Assembly (NCBI GenBank): GCA_030141605.1
Contig: JAQGDQ010000003.1
Location: forward strand, 2,604,001 to 2,668,000
Direction: 5' to 3'
Length of the DNA stretch: 64,000 nt
Origin: Tubiluchus corallicola
Taxonomy: Eukaryota; Animalia; Priapulida
Part shown: piece after piece, positions 27,891-38,200 of the stretch
How positions within the stretch are numbered: position 1 is the stretch's first letter
Layout: every line of letters starts with the position of its first letter
Position numbers and translations under genes: made by a program
Notes under the pieces: model-generated
What the model was told of the DNA's origin: nothing
The model's database searches: none
What the model saw: the letters and a program-made list of their open reading frames with translations, nothing else

Positions 27891-28234
27891 ATAATTACAG
27901 CGTAATAAAACTTTACTGTGAAACATAGAGGTTTTGTTTTTAGTTACGGTGATATGAAACTTATTGAGACAATGGTATATTAAAGCAAAAGCGGACCCAA
28001 TCTTAAACTGTAGATCAAAATTTATTTTTTTGAATATTTAAAGGAAACATACTATTTTTTTTAAAAAGTGACTTACGTGGAAAAATTATTACTTCACAAA
28101 CACAATTTCGCGTTCGCGCCACTAGTTCTTCGCTGATACATGCATTTCGCCATTCGCTAGTTAGACGGGCATAAGCGATGCTTGCGAAGTCTAAGACCAA
28201 GCCTAACCATAACACGGTTATTGAACACAATCAA

Positions 28235-29062
28235 ACCTCAATTTGCGAAATTGCGGCAGATTTGATGCGTCAACTGTTTCACTATTAAGTGAATTCCAAG
28301 GGCCCATAACACGAGCAGAGAAGAAATGAGCTCTGATATTAGTGCGAGAGTATTGTACAAATAATTTTAAAAAATTTTGTGGCCACGTAAATCACATAGT
28401 GGTCTGGAAAAAAATTTGTCATTATGCAAAATTGAACTACCACTAAAGTAATGACCTTATAACAGTTAATGAAATCTATAGTATCACGGTGTTGTTCAAG
28501 AGAAGATACAGTCAGGTGGAATATCAGAGGCCTGACTAATACACCTAGATTGAGTTCTTTCTAATGCATTTTTAAGAGTAACGTATTGTGGTGACCAAAC
28601 ATTGCATGCATATTCAAGTATTGGTCTAACTACAGCTTTATAAAGAGGTACAATAACTTTTGCACTACGTGATGAAATACAGCGTTTTATCATTCCAATG
28701 CGTCTATTGGCCTGAGAAATAATATGTTCAATATGTGAGTTCCACTTCAGGTTGTTTGAGATTAACATGCCCAAATCACGTACAACTGATTTGTCTTCAA
28801 TAACACCATCTCTCAGATAATACGGCGTTGCAGAGTTGGAACGAATGCAAAGTGCACTGCATTTATTACGTTTGAGGGACATTAACCAGTTGTCACACCA
28901 CCGTTTAATTTCAGACAGGTCGGTTTTGTAAGATCTCTTGATCAGAGGAATTTTTAATTGGACGGTAAGGTTTTATATCATCAACAAAGAGTGGTATACG
29001 TGTGTCAGGGAATACACAATCAATAATATCATTGATAAAAATAAGAAAACAATCGGGTCCCG
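28235..29062 (-). mobile_element. 5'-truncated CR1-like LINE (RT and C-terminal region), frameshifted
   Basis: GPDCFLIFINDI...LFVDDIK (RT YADD-type motif), VRDLGMLISNNLKWNSHI...PLYKAVVRPILEYACNVWSP, and terminal SRTNIRAHFFSARVMGPWNSL. Confidence 0.9.
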
Positions 29063-32000
29063 ACTGTTTGCGGCATAGAAATAGTGCCTGCATTTTGGAA
29101 AGCATTGCACATAAAACAGGTGCTATACCTCTCAGTTCAAATGTGTTAGCTTGTGACGAACTGCACACATTCTACAGCTCATGCGTGAACACGCATGTAA
29201 ATTTGAAATTTGAATTTTTATCTTAAAACTTGCCTAGTTTTAGTACAACACACTGAATATCTTTTTGTAGCACTGTACTTGAATTTCCGCTTTTGCAAAC
29301 ACATGCAACATGCTCGTGGAATATTTTTGCTGTTGAAAATTATGTTAGTTTGTGATGTCATCAATAGTTGGGCTCGCCTGCCGTTAATTAAATTTTTAAT
29401 CTATTATTTAATTTTCAGAAACGCTTTTACAGTATTAATTGTGTTAAGATGTATTTTTTTATCAGACTTGAAAATTGGGTTAGTATATGAAAGTCATCCT
29501 GTCTTCCTTTAAGTATTTTTTTAAAGCAGCACTAAATTCAAAATATGGTTGGATGTTAGAATATAGTCTATAAATTCCTATAACAATATATCTGTACACA
29601 TAATGCTCACAAGTCTGATTTATGAAACAGTACTTCTGTCCAAGTTCAGAATTTCTTTTACTCAATGGTAAAATGTGTTTGTTTTCTTTTTGAAATAGTA
29701 ATTCCAAAAATAGCGACTCGCATTTTTACTTTATCGCGACTTTATTAATTTCCAGTGACAGTCATTATCAAAATCGAGTTGTTTTGTTATGAGTCACTCC
29801 AGACAGTGGCATGTCTGATAGTAGTTATGGTATCAGTTTACAAAAGTTAACAAGCTCGTGTGTGCAAGTGCTGGTCACTTATGACAGAAGCTGTACTTAA
29901 AAAATTTTCCGTGAAGTAAAGATGCCGAAAGTTTTTAAACAATTAGGTAAAATACTTAATAGGTTTCTTCAGCATATTTTGTGACACATTCGTTAAACTT
30001 ATTTACTGTTTTTGTAAATAAATGTGGACATAATCTTAAGTGAAAACACCAATGTTTTGTGGAGCAGTGAAAACGGGGACCAGCAGCAATAATTTACACA
30101 GCGAATTGCAATGTGAGTCCAGATATTTCGAGCCCAGTGTTACACTGATTTGATTTCTCGTGACATCTGCTGCCTGGCCTTATGAGATACCAAAATACCT
30201 AAAGACCTCATTTGCAGCTTGGCATCTTGTGTACATAATAATAAATGTTATTAAATTCTTTTATGTGCTATGCGGCAACGATCATTGTGGATATTTAACA
30301 AATAAAATAAATAAATAAAAAAATAAAAATAAAAAAGACAGTTTTTTGTCATCTAAATTGTATCTTATAGTCAGCAGTAAGCAGCAGAATTCTATCAAGT
30401 TTAGCGCTTTTAAAACTATACGCATTTCAAGTATGCAGAAACGCTATTTACAATCTACCAGGAATGTAGCGATTTATTACTATTTGAATTCTCCTCCTCG
30501 AAAATAATTTGTCTTCCCTTCCATGCCTAGCACGTCTTATGAGCGGTTCCAAAACTTGCATTGTACACTACACATGGTAGTAGTTTGGCCATTTTTTTCT
30601 GTGGGAAGTGCAGTGAGGCAGTTAGTAAATCTGCTTGTCTCCACAAAAATTTCCCCATTTCTTTTGCAATACATAACCACAGAGAATCCTAAATAGCATT
30701 AATTTTGTACAGCAATTTCACAACATTAAAAGCATATTTTTCCCATCTATTTAGGTTTTTTTCTACCAAATATGTTCTCAATATTAAATTCCTCATTGGA
30801 ATCAGTTTCATAGAAACTCCCTAATGACACTGTTTTTAATTTTTGGCTGTTATGCTCTCAGTGTACATAAGCTGCATGGCGGATAAATAACTGTATCCAA
30901 CATCTTCATGAGAAGTGAGTATAGCAGAGCTTTTAACAAGCAAAAATCATCTCCTTATAGTCTTATGTAAAAAAATATCTAAATATCAGCTGCATACATT
31001 GTAGTCAATATATTTTTTTATTTATGTTTGATTTCTTTTCTTTAATGTTTTTGCCTTTATTAAAATAGCTTATTTAATCAGCGTGACAGCATCATTGTAG
31101 TAATGTGCAAGTGAAAAACTTGTAATTTCACCAATTTGGCACATAGGTGCTTTTTTGCACAATCATATTAATTTAAACTATGCGTAAACATTACAATTTT
31201 GTATAAACGGCACCTCGCTACTGCACACTACTTTCTCAGAAAAGATACACGGTTTCATTAGGCTGGCCACAAAAAAAAATTGTTTCTGTCTTACCTAGTG
31301 AGTTCAAAAGATGTCAGGGGAGGAAGGAAAAAAATTTTTAAAGCTTTGAAAATGTTAAAAGCTGAATTGTGGAACATTTAAAACCAGATGAAATCAAAGT
31401 TTGTTTATTTCACCCATTGGTTAGCAGTAATGTTTTAAATTTTTTCAATGCACATTTTTTCATGCTTTGTTTTGTTAGATTTTTGTTTCGCATTACTAAA
31501 TAATCGTGTAATTACCGAATTTCGTGTAGTCTCTTTTTGTACGGTATGAACATTATGCTCAAATAATTATGTTTTTGCAGCAACACTACTCGGCTGTTAG
31601 TACGCTGATTTGGCAGAAAATATGATAATTTTTAGCCTCCAATCTGATACAACCCTGGCCGAGAGTTAGACATAGAAAAGCATGGCTGCCTCCTCGCTGA
31701 ATCAAAGAAGTTATAATAATTATTGTGTTCTACATTTTAAATTAAAAAAATATGCTTTTATATGACTGCGCCAGATAAGTGCATGAATCTACAAAAACAA
31801 TTATAAAATTCCTGGCCTGGCGATAAAAAAATATTACACGGGCAATTAGACGGAAACAGAAGTATTTTTATTGTCTGCCTTAATATGGAGACGTAGTAAT
31901 CTTTTGCGAAAAGACATTTTTTATGTATCAAATTTCTGTTAACAGCCTTTATATCTAATCCTTGCATAAAGTTCCCAACAAATTTAAAAAGATTTTTACA

Positions 32001-33593
32001 AAAGCAAGTTTAATGAATCCGTGCATAGCACTAAAAGTGGATGTATGCATAATCTTACAAAGAAAATCGTAATTTGTAAAAACTTTATTGAATCCGGCTC
32101 CTGGATGCTTATATCCAGCTGAATATCGTACCCGAATTTGGATCCGGTACATAGGCAAGGAAAGAAGGAAAAAAGAGAGAAATAGAGAAAAGAAAAAGGG
32201 GAATGATGAAGAAAAAGGACAGAGTGAAAGAATGAAAGGAACAGAGAAAAGCTGCACCTTGACTGAAATGAACCTGCAAGTATCAGCAGCAATTTAAAAG
32301 TCAAGGCAACGAGAACTCGCCAAATTTTCCTAGTCATTTTAGAGGGCCATAGTTCAGCTTGTACAGCAGCTAGAAAGTTAAAATTAGGTGGAGGGATACT
32401 TTGTCACGGTACCGCTTTCCATGACAGCGGTAGATGGTGTTCTAAATGACTTATCCTAGCAGCTGGGCAGAAAAACTAAGTGAGTAAGCCAATGCTTTGC
32501 ATTCCGAACTAATTATCTAACTGTTTGTAATGGGTCACTTTGGGTGGTCTGTACGTAATGTGATGGTTTTCACCTTGTACAGGGCTTTCTTACCAGTTGC
32601 TTGAGCTATATATATTTTTATTTTGGAATAGTTAAAGTAAATATGAAATAAAATATGGCCTAGATTTCATCAAATTCATGGTCACACAACTCATTTTTTA
32701 ATAAATTGTCGTTGTACTTTTAATTTCACCTTTTATTTTTAGCTATGTGTGTAACATTATAATTAGCATTATTATTGGGTTTTTACATGGAATGCTGGTG
32801 TAAATTTCAGTTGTTTGAAATGCATTAATTATTTGTAATTGGGGTATAAAAATAAATTTGTATTAAATATTATGTAGTGCTACTAATTTTATACTAGTTT
32901 CATTTTTAGTCTTTTTGAACTTTATTTTTAGGAGCCGTCATTTATGAGGTAAAAGTTCTGAGGCTCCTCTAGAAAGGAGGCAATCTGTTCTGACTTTGAA
33001 ATCAGGTTCTTGTATGAATTTGTACGTACAGTTACTGCAGTATCAAGCAATACTGTACCACGTTATAACTGAGAAAGCATTTAAACTTTTTAGAGTTTCT
33101 GAGTTTACCATATTCCATGCTTTCTTTATTTTCTTGCCTTTAATACATATTAGGCAGTCTGAAACCTTGTCTCTAGCTTTAAAATGATGTTGTTGAACAT
33201 AGTGAGTAGATTATTTACTGCAATAAATGTCTAATACATTTTGTGCTGCAATCTTGGCATAATTTGCATTCTTTTCCAACCTTGATCATAAAAATGGATT
33301 TTTCCATGCATGGCTTCTTTTGTTATCTACATATATAAGTCTGAGCATTTAAAACTAGTTTGTATGTATTTCTCAGGCTAGTGCATTGGTTTGTATGTTT
33401 AGGTGTTGGTGCTTTGCAGAGTATTGGTAAACATTTGTTGTGTTTATAGTGGGCATTTGTAATTACTGTTGCCTTTGCTAGTGCTTTTGTTTCAGTCTTA
33501 GTTTTAGTTGTTGAGGTGTGTGTTAAAAAGGACATGTTACTGTAGAAAGTTGCCACTGGTGATTTAGCTTCTAGTTCAAAAAAGCTGCTACAG

Positions 33594-33650
33594 GTGATTT
33601 GGCTTCTGGTTCATGCTGTATTTATTCATGACTAGAGCCTAACTCACAGA
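33594..33650 (+). ncRNA. mir-279: pre-miRNA, miR-279 family paralog 1 (3p UGACUAGAGCCUAACUCACAGA, 33629-33650)
   Basis: The 3' arm starts with the miR-279 5' end TGACTAGA. The 5' arm GTGATTTGGCTTCTGGTTCATG pairs with CATGACTAGAGCCTAACTCAC across an 11-nt loop. Confidence 0.75.
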
Positions 33651-33792
33651 TGGAAGCTTTTACTATCTCAGACTTGATTGCAACACCTTTTTTAACTTTT
33701 GTTTTATGTAATCGATTTATTAAACACGTAAAAGGTGTCAACCAGTTCACGAGATGTACGCGAGGATTCAAGAATGTTTTTGGTTAGTATGG

Positions 33793-33852
33793 CGATGAGT
33801 GTGCGTCTAGTCCATGTTTCATCTAGTTCATGACTAGATGTCTCACTCTTCG
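33793..33852 (+). ncRNA. mir-279: pre-miRNA, miR-279 family paralog 2 (3p UGACUAGAUGUCUCACUCUUCG, 33831-33852)
   Basis: Closest to canonical UGACUAGAUCCACACUCAUCC. The 5' arm CGATGAGTGTGCGTCTAGTCCATG pairs extensively with it. Confidence 0.88.
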
Positions 33853-33931
33853 ACATCTTAACCTCTGTCATATTTCGGCTTGAAACTGAGATGGGCATTC
33901 ATCTGCAGCCATGTTTGTGACGAGCTTATTT

Positions 33932-33991
33932 GGATGAGCGAAACTCTGGTGCATAGGTTATTTGTTATATGACTAGAGCTAGCTCATCCGT
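33932..33991 (+). ncRNA. mir-279: pre-miRNA, miR-279 family paralog 3 (3p UGACUAGAGCUAGCUCAUCCGU, 33970-33991)
   Basis: TGACTAGA start and canonical CTCATCC 3' end. The 5' arm GGATGAGCGAAACTCTGGTGCATA is complementary. Confidence 0.85.
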
Positions 33992-34441
33992 ATTGGTTCG
34001 TGTGATCAACAGACAAGCTACTCACATTAGAAGTTACAATTGAAGTTGCTTTTAATGTTAGCATATTAAGTACATAATACTTGGCTTTTTTATCAGTGAT
34101 ATCGCACTTAAGTCAAACACTGTTATTCATGGTGCTTTAAAATTTACAGTAGCAGAAGAATACAATTTTGGCTAAAGGCTGAAGTAAAATGCGCTCTGGC
34201 AGGTGTGATTGAAAAGTTGACCAGCCACTGTTCTGCTTAAATTTTATGATACCAGTGCAACAGGTATTTACACTTTGGTGTGATTGACAGAACCAGTTCT
34301 CTTAGTAGCTATGCTGAGTTTATGTAAAGTAAATGAGAAATGCCGCTTGGAACTAGGTTACTCATTGCAGCAATATATGTAGTATAGGGCCAATACTGTT
34401 TGCTGTCGGTTTGCAGATGCTGTTGTGGTAAAGAAAACGTT

Positions 34442-34502
34442 CAGGTCGGAATTTGTGTCAATTTGTCATCATTTGTTTTAAATTGCACTTGTCCCGGCCT
34501 GT
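34442..34502 (+). ncRNA. mir-92: pre-miR-92 (3p AAUUGCACUUGUCCCGGCCUGU, 34481-34502)
   Basis: The mature sequence essentially matches conserved miR-92 (AUUGCAC seed, UGUCCCGGCCUG). The 5' arm CAGGTCGGAATTTGTGTCAATTT pairs with it. Confidence 0.95.
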
Positions 34503-35246
34503 TGGTTTTTCAATGAATCGGCAAAATATTGGCAATAAGCAGCTGATTTTGAAATTCATTCAAATTTGTTTTGACGTGTGTACAATGATTTAAAACGTGT
34601 TTTTGAACTTCGTTTAAATTACTGAATAAAATATGTGATCTACTTAACACAAGAAGTCAATGTTCTTGTATTCAATAATTAACTTAAAACGAGTGTAGTG
34701 ATCAGACTGAACGGGCAGCATCATATCAGCCCCACACTGGTTTTTCACCAGCCGCTCATTTAACGATCAGGCTTGGTGTTACTCAATTTTATTTATGGAT
34801 GTAAAGCTGCTGAAGTCTGATGTTACATTTCATTGTATTTTGTCAATATGCAATACCATGTACATACTTTATATAGATATATAATGAACTGCTGTATCTA
34901 TAATGAACTGTTTAACAACAACTTAACTATTGTGGTCATGGTGTAAAAGCGGTGTTATTTTTTAAACAAATCAAATGGAGAACAATAAAGCATGAAACTT
35001 GTAAGATAAAATCTGATCACCAGATTTAGCTGCTACTTATTTGTAAGCTAAACTAAATGCATACATCTAGATCTTTCAATGCAATTTACAAAACTGATTA
35101 TGTACAACACAGAAGAGCAACAACTAAACTATCAAGTAGAAAATCACTGAAATAAACTCAAGCAGGATCTAAACAAATGTTGTCTGTATAATAGTGATAT
35201 GACTAAAGCAAGAAATATGACAATTATTACAAAATGAATGAATGAC

Positions 35247-38200
35247 TTAAGAAGGATAGTCTAATCTAGAGACAATTTCACGAACAGCTGATATAAGTTG
35301 TTCATTCTCCTGTGGAGCATCCAGAATTAGTGTGTGCAGCTTGGCCATGTATACATCAATGGTCTCCAGTGTTGGAACATCATTGGTACCTAATGAGAAA
35401 TGCACATTCACTGCTTGTATAATATAGATGGTACTAGAGTACAGATAATGTAAATTTACACTACCAAGTATAACCAAATATTACGAAGTAAATTGACGAA
35501 ATGACTGGTGTAACTTTAACCCTAAATTTTAACTTCATTTTATCAATCACTAGGTTAGGAAAAATTATCATCACAAATCGCAGTTTTAGTATGTACAATG
35601 TAAATTTACACTACCAAGTATAAACAAATATTACTAAGTAAATTGATGAAATGACTGGTGTAACTTCAACCCTAAATTTTAACTTCATTTTATCAATCAC
35701 TAGGTTAGGAAAAATTAACATCACAAATCACAGTTTAAGTATGTACATGTATTAATAAATGTTGCTTAAAGATATTAACAGGCTACCGAAATTACTCTGC
35801 AGTGTATTTTTTCAAAAATGAAAAATCAGAAGTATCGTTCTTTCCTTCTTGATACAGCAGGTTAGAGAAAAAAACAGCTGAAACAAATGACACACAGGTA
35901 GAAATAATTTATTGATATACGAGACATGTAGCAGCCCGTTTCTGGAAATGTGCAAGTGAAAATTATCTAGGAGCTAAGTGTTACTAAAGGAAAGGAGCAG
36001 AAAAAATTTGCCACATACATCAAAGAGGTAAGAGCACTCACCAGGTAAAGGAAGATTAGCAAAGCTGGCTGCCAATTTTGATCGTAAGTTGTCCAGATGT
36101 TGTTGAAGGGCCATATTGCTGTTTCTTTGCTGCACAGTCTCCACCTGCAGGGACAAATTATTTACATGAATTATCAATAAAAAATGTACAAAAGAAGACT
36201 TAAAAAGCAATTCTCTTTACCCAAGAAAAGTGATGAATCACATAGTTAATTCAACCACACTTTGTGTAGAAAGCTCAGTTTGTAGACACGATGACATGAT
36301 GTGGATTGGCCTGCTGCAGTATGCAGTTAAAGGTTGCACACACTGTGATGGCATACTGCAAGATATTGTTAGTGAGTGGTGCTACACCACAGGAAGTTGC
36401 ATGCAATATTCTTAGTGCCTCAGTTCCCAACATGGGGTACTAGTACCCCTTGGGGATACCAATGAACACAAGTGGTACCTGAGAAGCCTCTTAGACATTT
36501 TTAAAGGAGTAGAGTTATATAATAATCACCAGGTGATTCAGGCATCTCTGTTGACTGTGCCAAGAATTCATTGGTCTTTGGTCGAACTCTTGACCTCTGT
36601 CCACGGTAAAGCTTTCAGTGAGCTTTTCCTGTCTGTTTTTCAATTATGGTGACAATCAAGACGAAAGGCCGAAACCACCTTGACAACTTTGGAAACATGA
36701 GAGTCAGTCTGTTGAAAATTGAACTGTGATTCAAAAAGTTAGTTTCCGCTATGCAACAGCACCGATCTCACTGAACTGTTATTTAGTGAGCTTGATTTGA
36801 GCAATACGTATAATATATATTATAAAAATATGACACTACGTCAGTGTTGGTTCTTCATTTTGCTTATGGCGGGCAAAGGGGTACCAGGAGAGAGTGTAAA
36901 AAAATTAAGAGTACGGGGGTGCAAAAGGTTGGGAACCGGGGTCTTAGTGATATTATTCAGGATTCTTTCTCAGCAGAATTGTCTTGATTTACCATTACCC
37001 CCACCCCAGTTGTCATTTAATATTTTTATTCTTTGTGCTTTTTTGTTTCTTCATAACTCTTTCTTTCACGGAATGGATGGGGCTTTTGTTTTTTTTTTTG
37101 TTGGGCTGAATCTCCACCTACAATTTTTTGAGCTAGGGTAACAATTTTTGGTATGTGGCTAGTTGGAGTGAAGATCTTGTGCGATGTGGGTTAAATTTTG
37201 GTCATTTTGCGTACCAAAAAATTTTACGGTAAGGGCAAAAACCAAAATTGAGACTGTCAGGAACCCCAGTGCTTCCAATATCGATTACAGTAGCATATAA
37301 TATATCAAATGAAGGGTCTCAATTAGATGAATAGAATGGTACATGTTCTGCCAAGTTTGGTGTATTTGGACCTCGAAGTCACAAGTTAGAGGTAAGAAGG
37401 ACCAATTTCAGTACTGAAAAGTTAGTGAAACACCATGGAGAAAAAACATTTATCAAGTATGCCAGGGAATGTTTAAATGATTTTTATAGCTCTTGAGAAA
37501 GAGTTGGGCTACAAGGTGGTGTCACTTTTTCTGAAGACGAATGAGTGTAAATATCAACCAACTAATTCCAAGCCAAACAGAGTTTTTGTGCCCTAGAAGT
37601 TTTACATGTATGCGTTGAGGGTTCGAATCCCAGTTAAAGCTTTCTGCCTCCCACATTTATTGATCATTATTGTATAGATCTGATATCCTTTCTCAATTCA
37701 CACTCTTTTGACATTATGAAAAATTAATTATTTTGCAACTTTCTGAAACTCGCTGATAATTGAGAAAAGAAAATGTGGTGACATTATGTGCTTGATTACA
37801 AAAAAAAGGAACACAGGACTTGGTTAATAAGCACATGGTGACTGGTCACGGGGTCCAAAAAATAAAAGTTCCTATTTCAGTAAAGTGAAATGCAGTTACT
37901 AAGTAATCAAGCCTGGCAAATTCAAGGAAGGCAATTTTTTGACCTGCGGACAATGGGTGAAAAAGTGACAAGCTTGATTTCACTGAAACTTTTAATGTCA
38001 AATGCAACAGGGCTTACATACATGTTATTAACTATTTTGACAAACATCTTTTATTTGAACATACAAAACAGAAGCTGTCACTTAAAGTATCTCCTGTCCC
38101 ACTAAAAAACGTTCACTAGTTAACAGTTATTTTTGTTACATGTTATTCTGACAAAAGAAAGTGGCATTAATTTCTTTCACATTTTGCTACCATACTAATA

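Larger units (their letters stand above)
27700..34650 (+). ncRNA. Putative long non-coding pri-miRNA host transcript
   Basis: No host-type ORF over ~7 kb. Candidate + strand splice signals: donor 27882, micro-exon 32932-32948, donor-like GTGAGT near 32480 and 33202. It contains four sense miRNA hairpins and AATAAA at 34625-34630, ~125 nt after miR-92. Boundaries are inferred. Confidence 0.45.

Noticed and set aside
29075-29900. Paired hairpins resembling H/ACA snoRNAs
   Set aside because: H and ACA boxes are not at canonical positions; kept only as part of the structured host-transcript finding.
31955-32337. Hydrophobic and Lys/Glu-rich ORFs
   Set aside because: They arise from a GA-rich low-complexity tract and have no splice support.
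35054-35075. TAAATGCA, the miR-277 5' sequence, near the cluster
   Set aside because: No complementary arm was found, and it lies in the HMG20 3' UTR region beyond the predicted polyA site.
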